Assembly: GCF_009914755.1 (NCBI RefSeq)
Contig: NC_060936.1
DNA length: 64,000 nt
Origin: the human T2T-CHM13v2.0 reference genome, Homo sapiens
Direction: 5' to 3' (one strand)
Shown here: positions 17,842 through 35,686 of the stretch, piece after piece
Layout: every line of letters starts with the position of its first letter
Position numbering within the stretch: the first letter of the stretch is position 1
Position numbers and translations under genes: made by a program
Notes under the pieces: model-generated
The model's input: the letters and a program-made list of their open reading frames with translations, nothing else
What the model was told of the DNA's origin: nothing
The model's database searches: none

Positions 17842-18835
17842 TTGAGTAGCAAGGTTTTAGATCTCAGCTCAAATACCTTTTCCAGGAAAACTCTCTCTGA
17901 TCCCACACATTACTGCCTTCAATTCATACTTTCACTGTACTAACATTCATACTTTCACAGTTTTTGCTTACCGTTATAACCCACATGCATCCCCCATCCC
18001 CAGCTCCTACCTAGTGTCCGACACGTTCATTTTTGTGAAATGAATGAACAATGTCCATTGAACGTGACTTAAGCTGAGTCATTTCCCTTCATGATGCTAA
18101 CACCACAAGATGCACTACCCTAAATTCAGCTCCCATGGAAATCCAGCTCATCTTTGGTTAGCACACTGAAAAATTTTCTGTTTCTTCCACTCATTTGGGG
18201 TCTGCAGAGATATGGACAGAAGAGTAATTGATTCTACATGCACTGGGCTTTCTACTCTAACAAGCTAGTTGGCCCCAGTCTCCACGTATCTACCACTGCA
18301 CCAAATTCTCTTATGCCAGGTACATAAAAGTCTGAGGAAAACAGGGAAATCCTAGTTACCATGGTCAGATCCAAATATCCCACCTTGGTGTGAGGAATGG
18401 CTGGGGGAAGGATGAAGGTAGGAAGAAAAGAGACAAATTTTTAGTACATTTTCACTTTTTTCCCATTAAGAAAAAACAGCTTAAATTCTCTTAAAATTCA
18501 TTTCTCCTTACACTTAGGAAAAAAATTTTCAGCCTGACCAATATGGAGAAACCCCATCTCTACTAAAAATACAGAATTAGAGGAGAGTAGGTTCCAAGAT
18601 GGCCAAATAGGAACAGCTCCAGTCTACAGCTCCCAGCGTGAGCAACGCAGAAGACGGGTGACTTCTGCACTTCCAACTGAGGTACTGGGTTCATTTCACT
18701 GGGGCTTGTCGGACAGTGGGTGCAGCCCACAGAGCATGAGCCGAAGCAGGGCGGGGCATCGCCTCACCCAGGCGATGGGGTCAGGGAATTCCCTTTCCTA
18801 GCCAAGGGAAGCCATGACAGATGGTACCTGGAAAA

Positions 18836-19018
18836 TCAGGACACTCCCACCCTAATACTGCGCTTTTCCAATGGTCTTAGCAAACAGCACACCAGGAGAT
18901 TATATCCTGCACATGGCTTGGAGGGTCCCACGCCCATGGAGCCTTGCTCTCTGCTAGCACAGCAGTCTGAGATCGAACTGCAAGGCAGCAGCAAGGCTGG
19001 GGGAGGGGCGTCTGCCAT
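18836..19018 (-). other. L1 antisense ORF0 homologue, 60 aa (MADAPPPALLLPCSSISDCCAS...IRVGVS*)
   Basis: C-terminal part of ORF 18836..19087. Resembles L1HS ORF0 (MAGAPPPASLPPCSLISDCCAS...) but ends early at a TGA, probably from CGA. Confidence 0.8.
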
Positions 19019-19593
19019 TGCTGAGGCTTGAGTAGATAAACAAAGTTGCCAGGAAGCTCGAACAGGGTGGAACCCACCACAGCTCAAGGAGGCCTGCCCA
19101 CCTCTGTAGACTTCACCTCTGGGGGCAGGGCATAGCTGAACAAAAGGCAGCAGAAACTTCTGCAGACTTAAACGTCCCTGTCTGACAGCTTTGAAGAGAG
19201 TAGTGGTTTTCCCAGCACAGAGTTTGAGATCTGAGAACAGACAGATTGCCTCCTCAAGTGGGTCCCTGACCCCCGAGTAGCCTAACTGGGAGGTACCTCC
19301 CAGTAGGGGCTGACTGACACCTCATATGGCCGGGTCCCCCTCTGAGACGAAGCTTCCAGAGGAAGGATCAGGGAGCAACATTTGCTGTTCTGCAATATTT
19401 GCTGTTCTGAAGCCTCTGCTGGTGATACCCAGGCAAACAGGGTCGGGAGTGGACCTCCAGCAAACTCCAACAGACCTGCAGCTGAGGGTCCTGACTGTTA
19501 GAAGGAAACCTAACAAACAGAAAGGACATCCACAACAAAACCCCATGTGTACGTCACCATCATCAAAGACCAAAGGTAGATAAAACCACAAAG

Positions 19594-20600
19594 ATGGGGA
19601 GAAGCCAGAGCAGAAAAGCTGAAAATTCTAAAAATCAGAGTGCCTCTTCTCCTCCAAAGGAACGCAGCTCCTCGCCAGCAACGGAACAAAGCTGGATGGA
19701 GAATGACTTTGACAAGTTGAGAGAAGAAGGCTTCAGATGATCGGTAATAACAAACTTCTCTGAGCTAAAGAAAGATGTTCGAACCCATCGCAAAGAAGTT
19801 AAAAACCTTGAAAAAAGATTAGACGAATGGCTAACTAGAATAAACAGCGTTTATGACCTGATAGAGCTGAAAACCACGGCACGAGAACCATGTGACGCAC
19901 GCACAAGCTTCAGTAGCTGATTCAATCAAGTGGAAGAAAGGGTATCAGTGATGAAGATCAAATGAATGAAATGAAGCGAGAAGTTTAGAGAAAAAAGAGT
20001 AAACAGAAATGAACAAAGCCTCCAAGAAATACGGGACTATGTGAAAAGACCAAATCTACGTCTGACTGGTGTACCGGAAAGTGATGGGGAGAATGGAACC
20101 AACTTGGAAAACACTCTTCAGGATATTATCCAGGAGAACTTCCCCAACCTAGCAAGGCAGGCCAACATTCAAATTCAGGAAATACAGAGAACGCCACAAA
20201 GATACTCCTTAAGAAGAACAACTCCAAGATACATAATTGTCAGATTCACCAAAGTTGAAATGAAGGAAAAAATGTTAAGGGCAGGCAGAGAGAAAGGTCA
20301 GGTTACCCACAAAGGGAAGCCCATCAGACTAACAGCAGATGTCTCGGCAGAAACTCTACAAGCCAGAAGGGAGTGGGGGCCAATATTCAACATTCTTAAA
20401 GAAAAGAATTTTCAACCCAGAATTTCATATCCAGCCAAACTAAGCTTCATAAGTGAAGGAAAAATAAAATCCTTTACAGACAAGCAATGCTGAGGGATTT
20501 TGTCACCACCAGGCCTGCCTTACAAGAGCTCCTGAAGGAAGCACTAAACATGGAAAGGAACAACCGGTACCAGCCACTGCAAAAACATGCCAAATTGTAA
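19594..20600 (+). pseudogene. L1 ORF1p remnant
   Basis: ATG at 19594 (MGRSQSRKAENSKNQS), premature TGA at 19738-19740 and frameshifts. ORF 20041..20493 encodes the RRM/CTD part. Confidence 0.9.
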
Positions 20601-20663
20601 AGACCATTGATGCTAGGAAGGAACTGCATCAACTAATGAGCAAAATAACCAGCTAACATCATA

Positions 20664-24484
<3,821 letters not shown>

Positions 24485-26094
24485 ACAATGAGAATACTTG
24501 GACACAGGGTGGGGAACATCACACACTGGGGCTTGTCGTGGGATGGGGAAGTGGGGAGGGATAGCATTAGGAGATATACCTAATGTAAATGACGAGTTAA
24601 TGGGTGCAGCACACCAACATGGCACATGTACATATGTAACAAACTTAAAGTGTAATTAAAAAAAAAAAAGAAAAACATTTTGACTAAAAACCTATAGGAA
24701 AGATTATATAAATTAATTGCTGGATGAAACAGCTAGAACATGTGCATGAAATAGGTTGTTATAGGGAAACATAATGGAAGAGCTCAATTGCAAAAAACAT
24801 ATGACAGGCAGAAGCAATGCCACTGTTGCCGGGAGAAGTGCCTGGAAAGGGTACCAAGGCAAAAAGTAAAAATAAACAAAACATATTCACAAACATACTC
24901 ATAGTTTGGGATATAAACTCCGTGACTGTCATTTTCCTTGATGAATAAATACATAAAAATAGTCATAGCACTTTGTAGGATAAATGAATAGATCTTAACA
25001 CTTAACTAAATATTAATAATAAAATGTCTTAGAGAAAACTGCTGCTCTCTAAATCAAAAGTTTTCAATACATTTAAGGTGAGCAATAGTTTATTTTAAAA
25101 TCAAAATTATTTTTCTCAATTGTAACTATTTGGTAAACTTATCAATATACTCAATTTAAAAAATGGTAACTTAAAAAAATAATATGACATGTTTGAAGTT
25201 TCTCATGTGATCTTTTGATACACAGTGCCCAAAATGTAAGACAGTCATATGTTTATTATATATATAATTCACGGAACATTGAAATATGTAAGTGATTTCT
25301 AGAAAAGGAAAGAACAAAGTAATTTCTAAAAGTGTACATATCTTGAATTTTTTCAGTAATTTTACTGTGTACGGAACTGTACAAAAAGTACACAAAATTT
25401 TCTAAAAGTACAAATCTGAGAGAGCATATTTCTTAGTCAAATTCTTCAAATTTCAACTGATTTTCCAAAGCATACAATTGTTTTTGCTTCAGCTTAATGA
25501 TGCATTTCCAGTTCTATTTAAAATAAGGAATTATTTTAAATATTTATCATCTTGAAATTTCATTAAATTGCTATCCCCAGAATGCATAGTTCTGAATTAA
25601 GAATAATATTTACTCAGCATGGTACTTTACCTGATGCTAGATGTCATTTAAAATAAATTTATTTTATATATTATCAACCTTTGAGAATGGACCAAGTATG
25701 GCACAAATTCATTTTACGAACCTAAAGCTTCAAGCAGAAGTGTCCAAGTAAATAGCAAAATTCCTATGAAAGTTCCACCTATGGGGACAAGGTGTTAATA
25801 CTGTAACACATACAGCTCTATGATATAATCAGTCCAAGAGAGGCAAACTGAGTCTGAGGAGCCCTGAACATGGAGCAACTGGACCTCCTGGAACTATAGA
25901 TAACGCATGACCTGAGGAACACTAAGAGAGAGAGAGAGAGAGAAACTGGAAGACATAGCCTGGATTCTGCCTACAGCCACACAGTTTGTATCATGGACTT
26001 GGGCTTTCTTTTGAGCCTTGCCCCCAAGATTTCCAACCCAACTAACTGAGGATATTTACCAGGAAAGCATAGCTGTGTTTAAAAATAAAAGTCA

Positions 26095-26260
26095 GGATGG
26101 GCATGGCGGTTCATGCCTGTAATCTCAGTCCTTTGGGAGGCTGAAGCTGGAGGATGGCTTGAACTCAGGAGTTCAAGACAAACCTGGACAACATGGCGAG
26201 ACCTCATCTCCATTTTAAAAAACAACAAAACAAACAAAACCCAACCAGCCAACCACACAA
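26095..26260 (+). mobile_element. FLAM / Alu left monomer
   Basis: Single monomer with an A/C-rich tail. Confidence 0.8.
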
Positions 26261-28123
26261 CAGCAACAAAAGGCCAATTTAAAATAGGATTCACTTTATA
26301 AAAATCACCCTAACTAAATTTGATAAAAACTGATGTTCTCATCTATTCCAAAATAAAATAATACCTGCACACACCAGAACGGCAATAACACCATCAAAGG
26401 AAATTTCTGCATACACAGTTCCTACTGCTGAGAATATCCTTTCTCAACAGACAGACAAAAACTGAAAATTAGTGACAGGGCAGAAGTGAGAACCTGGGGA
26501 GAGCAATCAGTGAATAGTAACAAAGCCCTGCCAAGGGAGGTAAAGCCATTACATCATTATGAAAGAGAGTTAAAGACATGACGGATCAAATAATTATTCA
26601 TATCAGGAAGCTATATCCACACAATTAGGCTTGAACAACCTATGATGAGCATGCCATATGGCACACCTTCTGGATAAACAGTAAGAGACAAGTGTGTCTT
26701 AAACACAATTCTTCCTGATGAGCATTCTAACACTAAGTTAAGGACTTGTGTGTGATGAAGTCTGGTGTGTGCCAAGGATTTATGTACTTGGCAAGTAGGA
26801 ATAGGCAATGCTTAAATTCCCAAAGTAGCCTTCACAACCAGTTACTTACAAACATTGGTTGACTCAAGGGCCTATTTCTCCACCTGCTCCCAAACTGGAG
26901 GTCCTCAGTACTTTCCGTTTTTTTCCCCACAACCAGAGATATACATCAGGTCTCCTTGGCTACTATATTATGGTGAAAAAACATTTACTTAAGTTAAATC
27001 ATACTGACCACAAGGAAGCTAAAACCAGGATTCAAAGTGGCAAGGCATCTGATCTGTGTGTCTAAACATCTGGAAGGCAGGTTGGTGCTGGTGTTCAGTC
27101 TGTCCTCTGAGGTTGTTTAATCGGAGCCTTGCTTGCCCCCATCATTTCCTTGCTGTGTGTCTGTGAGGAAGTTACCTTACCCCTTTAAGGCTAATTTGTG
27201 GAAAGTGAGAATCTACATGCATGCTTAGTAGTAAAATGTTTAGTAGTATGTGAAAAATGGTGGCTATTTTTATGGGAACCACAGGCATGTAAATGAGAAT
27301 GCTCCTAAATTGATTTACTGAAACACTGAGGTAACACATTTGTAAATTAGTTACATTTAACCATTCCACATGTATATATACTTTAAAACATCATGTTATA
27401 CATAAGAAATACATACAATTTTATGTCAATTAAACAATAAATAAATGAAAGAAAAAAGGGGAAACAATTCCCTAAATATAATACTACATTCCTAGACAAG
27501 CAACTCAAATTGGCAAGTTGGCAATTCTCAAATTATTTTATAAATCTAGTGCAATGGCAATCGACATTCCAATGGGATGGTTTTTTGAAACAGAATAATT
27601 TTAAAATTCATATGGATAAGTAATAGGCAAGAACATCCAGGAAAGTTTTGAAGGAAAAAACTGTACATTATATAATATTTTAAAGAAATATTCTAAATCT
27701 ACAATGATTAAAAAGGTATGATAATGGATCAAGAACAAACAGATAATGGATCAAGAACAAATAGATCAAGAACAGAGCAATAAGACAGAAGAGAAAGTCT
27801 CCAAAGAGACACAAGTTCATATGAATTTAATGTTTAAAGAAGGTTACTCAAATCAGTGAAACAATACAAATTGAGGGTACTTTGTTAACTATAAATCTGT
27901 ACCTCATACCTAAATTAATACATATGGATTTTAAGGTTTTATCATTAAAAATAAAACCTCAAGAAGAGTAGCTAAGATGTTTGGGGATTGATGAGGGAAT
28001 TTCTTTGCATAGAATCCAAACAACAACAAAAAATAGTTTTAAAAAAGGTAATGCAGCTAAACCTATCAAAAATCAGAAACTAAATTCAAGGAGAAATGAG
28101 AAAAAAGGAAAACATATTTGTAG

Positions 28124-28442
<319 letters not shown>

Positions 28443-29799
28443 CAAGGTCAATCTTCTTAATTAAAATTACCTAAGGATCAATTTTAAAATGAACAATAGG
28501 AAAATGGGCAAAGTACACAAATACACAATCTTCAGAAATACAAATAAACAGCAATCATGAACACGTCAAAACTCACAAGTCACTAAAAAATGAAATAAAC
28601 TTGATAACATCTTTTGCTTATTAAGCTGTTTTAAGGCTTTTAACATTTTAAATAATTAAAAATAAATAGAAAACCTTTAAAGGTTTTTGTCATGTTGATG
28701 TTGTTATTACAAACAGTATTGGAATAGGCATCCTTGAATAGAAATCTTTGTATGTATATCTTATTATTTCTTTAGGATGATTTACTATGTATCACTCAGG
28801 GTTCAGCAGAAAAACAAAGTACAGCCATTATTTTAACAGAGAGAATTTAATATAGGGAACTGGTTAAACAGATTTCTAAGTCTGTAAATGCTAAAAGGGA
28901 GCTCTGAGGTAAGCAGAGATATTAAATGTATGAAACTAGCTCCCTAGAGTTGGGGAACAAAGGCAAGAGATTGGATTATTAGAAACTAGACACTCAAGAG
29001 TTCCCTTGCTGAGAGCTGAGATGGTTTGTTCACAAGGAGGAAAGAGGAATGTTCATTAAAAAGACATTCTGAAAAGGAAAAGGAAATGCCTGGCATTCCT
29101 TCTCTATCTCCCCTTCAACTTAAAACAAACAACTCTATGTGCTTCAGAAAAATAATCCAAATAGATACATAAAAAGTATGAGAATGTTGCCACCATAAAT
29201 ACTAAGGCCCACCAAAATTCTGTAGTGATTTGGAAAGTAGGTTAAAAAGTACATATGATATAAAATATGAGCTTTGTAGTGGCCATCATGATCCTGAGTA
29301 AAAGAAAAACAAAATACTCTAGGAATTAACACAAAAAATAGAAAATCAAATTACACTAAAAAAAATCTTCCATTGCAAAAGTCAATTGAAGTCAATTTGA
29401 CATTTAAGTGATGAGTTGGTTGGTTGGTTGGCTGAAAGCAACATAATTTATGTTTCAGGATATATGATTGTGTGGCCTGACAATCTCAGAAAGTAAAAGC
29501 AAAGAAATTGAAAGACATGGAAAGAACTAGGCCGGGACCAGCACTGGGCCTTAATAACCAGTTCACTGAGATGGTAAGGTTCTAAATCTTTAGAAGCCCT
29601 AATAATATGTTTTACATAGTGTGACAGCATAAAGCAGGAAGAACTGACTGAAAAATATGTGTTAGCAGACTTGCTGACTACTTTCACCAAATAATTAACT
29701 GTCAAGTGGCAAAATAAAGGAGCAAAGCCAATAGCTTCACTATCTATGCAGCACCAAATAACTCAAAACCAGATGGGTATAGATGTGCAGAACAGTTGA

Positions 29800-30330
29800 A
29801 AGCTAAGTTCACTATTTTCCGTGAAGCTCCAACAGCCCCACAAATGGCATTTAGCTCCGTAGTAAACCATCCTATAGGTCAGCAGGAAGCTCATTATGGG
29901 CTGACAGTCCAGGAGACAAGCACTTTTCAGGGAGCTACGGTAGTAATTTCCTGTGTGAAAAGCTCACTGCTGTTCTTGCATTCCTCAGGGTGCATTTCTT
30001 CTCATCTCAGAGGATGTTTCTCTTCCACAGGAAGAGGAAGGAACCAGTTGTTACTGGATGTGTGGGCTGAGAGCTGTCGGGCATTTTCAGCATGCCTCGG
30101 TCTCAGCTGTGGGAACTGGGGATGCAGCTTAGATTCCCAGGCCCGGGACAGTCGGTATTACTGCAGTAGTCCGGGGCGTCACAGTTTAGAAATACAGTAT
30201 CTCAGCAAGTTGGAAGGCAGAAATAATACCTGGAACACCTCCAGTTCCCAGAAACGTGCTAATTTTCTAAAGGAAATTCTAAAAAGTATTTATTGGGCTC
30301 CCAAATAGCATGATTTATAAATCCTTTTGT
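29800..30330. promoter_or_regulatory. Candidate intronic enhancer
   Basis: Apparently non-repeat, locally GC/CpG-richer block with clustered ETS, TEAD, RBPJ, STAT and PBX-HOX motifs. Confidence 0.5.
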
Positions 30331-32970
30331 AAATTTTCCTTTTTTTTTTCTGTCTTCACATTTTATACGGCAGAGTTCAAGTCCCAAATCACGTTTGTCA
30401 ATAGGAGTAAGGACAAGTTTCACTGCATAAAGTATTCTTTAACTAGGACTATTTTTAAAAACTTTAAGAGTATCAAATTTTTGGTAAATTCATTAATATG
30501 TTTTCTTTCCTTGTGACTTTGAAACTTAAAGAGAAAGAAGGTCAAATTAGCATATTTGTCAGTATATCTTAAAAAAATTGGGACTTAGTGATTATTACTA
30601 TTTTTATTAAAAAGCATATTTTATTTGAAGGGGGGGAAAAGAAGCCTCTGGCTTTCACTGTTAATCTTTTATTACGGTGATACTGTTAGTAAACTTTACA
30701 GCTATACAGATTATCTATCTTGAAAAAAAAATAAACCACGTTCCTTTAACAAACTAAAACACTTTAGCATTTTAGTTGTTTTATTTATTTTTTTACAATC
30801 CCAAATCAATTTTTTTTAAAAGGTCAGCCATCACATTCGCAACTGTTAGCAGTTTTTATAACATATGGGTCATGAAGTACTTCAAAAGCAAGGATCCAAC
30901 TAATTTGCAAATAGTCTCTTTCCAGTCTCTAATATTTTCTCTCCTTTCTCTATTTTAAAGATTGTATCTGAAAAAATATAAATGTGTTTTCTGTTTCTAA
31001 ATGGCAAGAGATCTTTGAAAATGTTGTGTTTTTCCTCATTTACTTGTTAGTTATCATGTATGTTCTGTTTTTTAAATGTCTTTGACAATTTAATTACGTC
31101 ACTTAATTTCGAAGGGGAATGTTTTTAAATTGTTTCTCAAACCTTATAAAAATTCCTCTTTTACTCCAATTAAGCATCTTAGGGCTTAACATTTAACTTC
31201 TTGAGTTACCGAATAAAAAATTACTGTATCCACTTGACATTTACTATCATTTGCAGTTAAGATAAAAAGTCTCTTAACTCTTAAAGGAAGATAAATTGAG
31301 GGAGGCACCAGCTAGGGAGTCCAGAGACCTGGATCCTATAAATGCCTAAGTTCATTTCCTTTCATACCCTTAGAGCAGGGACAGGAGAAACATACCGCAG
31401 AGCCACTAAACCAGCACTTAAAGATACCATACAAATGTCTGTTTCCTAATGCTTAGGAAGCAGCCACAAAGTTATAGATAAATACACCTAGTTTCAGAAG
31501 TCATATGCCCTAAACTGACAAATCAAATGCCACCATATAAACTGCTGCAAAGTTTAAAAACTTTACATTGCGTATGACCATTTTACACTTTCAAAGTTGT
31601 AAGTTTTAGTTTTAAGACACTGAAGTTCACATACACTGTGTTCTTTTAGTCTTTCCAAATCTTTGCTTATATAAGCAGTTAGGAACTGAAATAACTCTGA
31701 ACTAGTTACTCAATGTTGTCTAGTAACCAGGATGAACTGTTGCCACAACATTCATGGAAATATTCTCTCTGTGTCTGCAAGTTTATTCTTTGTGTGTCCA
31801 TATATTTTGTCAGCACGTTAATATTTTTCAGATAGTATACACCATATGACAATCTCCATGAAAGTGTATAACCTTTTTCTTCCTAAAAATAGGCTGATGC
31901 AAAAAAACTTTCTGAAAGAGAATCCAATGCACTTTGCTAGAAAATAAAAATCTAAATGACATTTAGGAAGGGAGTGTGCTTCCCAAAGTCATGGAAATGG
32001 CAGAGTATCTCTTGCACTGATTCAGCCGATCACTTTTCTGATCCTAGAACAGAACACAGGAAAACCACGATTCTTTTTCTCTCATCAGCCCCTCTGCCAA
32101 AATGATGCAGAGCCAGGAGATATTCTCAGCTATCCTGAGATTACTCAAGGCTACATCTTACTGTCCCTGGGGAAGGGAGATAGGGAATCCCACAGCTGAC
32201 ATTCACTCTGTCAGGAAATCCTCTTGGCTCTGCCTTCAAAATACACCCAGAATCCGATCGCTTATCACCACCTCCTCTGCTACCTCCCTGGGTCAAGCCA
32301 GTATTGCCTCCCGTCTGAGTATTTCATTAGCTTCCTAATTAGTCTCTTTGTCCACCCCCATCAACATCCCCAGCCTGTCCTCTTACAGCAGGCAGAGTGA
32401 ACCTGTTAAGACACAAGTCACGTCATGTCCCTCCTCTGCAGGAAACCCCCCAGTGGCTCCTATGTCACCTGCAATCTGGCCTTCCATCTATCACTGCTCC
32501 CACTCTCCTGGAGAGCCCTTCCCAGATAGCCATGACTTGCTCCCTTCACTCCTTCAGCTCTTTACTCAAATGCCACCCCTGTCACGTGACTCTTGTCCTG
32601 GCCATACTAGCTAAAATGGCAGCCCTCTACCTATCTTTTCCTCTCTGCCTTCAGTGCCTTTTTCACCTTTGCATTCCCTGTACTATATACAGTTTATTTT
32701 TTAGATCTGTGAATTGCCTCTCTCTGACTGGAATGTAGAATGTAGGCTTCTCTGGAGCAGGTATTTTTGTTTCTTCACATTCTCTAAAGCCAAGAATAGT
32801 AAGTTAATAAATACTTATTCAGAGACATGTATGTGTGAGTAGGCATCCTTCCTGGATCCCACCACATCTGCTGTCAGTTGACTTAGGCAACTTAAAGATT
32901 CTAAACTAGACTGATGCATTTTTATTACCATGGTTCATATGTGTTTGATTTCTTCTGAAGCAACTACTTA

Positions 32971-33295
<325 letters not shown>

Positions 33296-33929
33296 AACTG
33301 GTCAAAGGTTTTCTTCTAGAGAAGTCCTCTAGCTTACTGCAGCCCATTAATGATTTCCTCTGAATACTGCCCAATAACAATCTTTCACTGACATTTATGT
33401 ATACTTGACATCTAATGTTCTGAAACCAACACTGATTTCTTCTTCCTCAGTTACTTCTGTCTGGCTAGGTTGTTTGTTTCTTGAGGTCAGGCAGCCAGCT
33501 TGGTATCTCCCTCAGCATCTCATGTAATGCCTTCATGTAGGACATCTTTAACTATTTTGATTGATAGAATATCAAAAGACTGTAGACCCTTGGATTTTTT
33601 TCTATAACATAACTGCATGTTTATTGTAAATTAATTTGACTTGAAAGAAATAATATCCCTACTTCTAAAGAAAGGCATACACATATTCTGCATTATGTTC
33701 ATATTATGCACAGTTGCCAGGATGAAGATGAGAACACAGTGTCAACTCTCTGAGAAGAGTCCAGTATTTTGATAATCAAAGGAACAACAGCAAGATTACC
33801 AACTTCATTTTGTTCATTTATAAGACAAACAATAAAACTAATACATCAGAATTTAAGAATTTTCCTAAAGATAAAAAAAGTAATAACCCTAGAGTCTTTT
33901 AAGATAAATTTTATTTACAGTTAGTTTAA

Positions 33930-34259
<330 letters not shown>

Positions 34260-35608
34260 TAAAACTCTTTATATTAGGATACAGGAAACAAATTCGTATC
34301 TTGTTTGTCTTTTTAGAAGAGAGGAGTGGGACATCCCGTGTAGCCACACCACATGTCAATGCTAATGATAAATGCCCTACCATAATTTTGATGATAGAAT
34401 CCTGGTCTAGTTCTAACTACAACATGAAAACATTAAAAGACTCAAATGGAATCTTGAACTAAATAATCTTTAGAAAATTAGTATATAAGTGACAATATAA
34501 AAAGAATAAAGAGTAAGGAATTTGAGAACAATATTTTAAAACTATGTTTATATGGCCACCAGTATATTCCTTTACAGAAACTTTTTTTTTTAACAATAAA
34601 GCTTTAAAAATAGAGATTAGTAACAGCTTATTTTGATCCACAATATTGTATCAAATTTCCTGCTTGGCATTAGAGACACAAGTGCAAGCCACAAAGATAC
34701 CACCTGTTAAAGACTGTATGCCACAATTTCTTCTCTGTAGTGAGAAGACATCAGAGCACAGATATCAGTACACTTCGATCTACAAATCTTCCTGAATATA
34801 ATATTAAATCAAGTGAAAGTAGAAATAGAGGCCAACTATTTCTTACACCATAACAAACTTCTTTTATGCTACTAAGAAATTTTACAAATTAAGGTTTAAA
34901 GAGACATCTTTTTTATGTCCTACCTTGATGAAATGAATTTTTAAGGAAATGTCCAATCTACAAAAACCAAACAAATCAACCCTCAAAAGAAACAGTAACT
35001 ACAATAACAATAACAAAAATTACCTTTAAACACTACTTTTTTTGGCTTCCAGTATTTCTCCAGGTTTTTAAATTACAATCACATGCAAAGTACACACAAA
35101 AATATTGAATGCAATTGTGCTTCCTGCCAAAGCAGAAATAAATCCCCTTTACAATTATGTCTGATTTGTTGTGCAGAAGCAAAAGAGAAATTGTCAGTGT
35201 AGGGAGGAGACTATAATTAAGGCTTATTTACCACTATATTAATGGAAAGGTGAATAGTTGAAAAAGTAATTTTATTTTAGTTTTCTAACCAATTATCTAT
35301 CATTGAACTAAAAGAAAGAGATACACATTGAAAATTTAAAGAAAAGCCCTTTGGAGATATTCTTTTAAAAAGTCTAACTACTTTATGAGCATCTATGTCT
35401 TCAGAATGCACTATTAAAATAAAGTCCTTATACCTTGCTTGGCAGCAAGCAGCTATGTCCCAGATTACAATCTACCTAGATGGGAGTTTATTAGCATAAT
35501 CTCAAACCAATTTATAGCAAACAAGATTTTGTTTTCCTGTGTTTTGTTTGTTTGTTTGTTTGCTGGATTTTTATATACTAGTGGAGTCTTCCTTTTAATG
35601 CGTATATA

Positions 35609-35686
35609 TTGGGTGAAACCATGTGAAGTCATTGATATTAGACTGTTTTTGCCTACAAAATGACAATTTCATATAATTCAACCTAA
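35609..35686. mobile_element. MADE2-like mariner MITE
   Basis: About 78 bp; inverted termini TTGGGTGAAACCATGTGAA / TTCATATAATTCAACCTAA, flanked by TA. Confidence 0.8.

Noticed and set aside
27720-27775. 22-bp tandem duplication (ATAATGGATCAAGAACAAAYAG)
   Set aside because: Simple slippage inside degenerate L1 sequence, with no sign of function.
29796-30308. 170-aa plus-strand ORF, the longest non-L1 ORF
   Set aside because: It starts at TTG, has no recognisable domain or splice structure, and is explained by locally higher GC content. The region looks regulatory instead.
35024-35123. Possible 100-nt pseudo-exon (ttggcag|...AAG|gtaatt); similar pairs at 52349-52421 and 40211-40220
   Set aside because: Such site pairs arise by chance in long introns, and these lack additional support.
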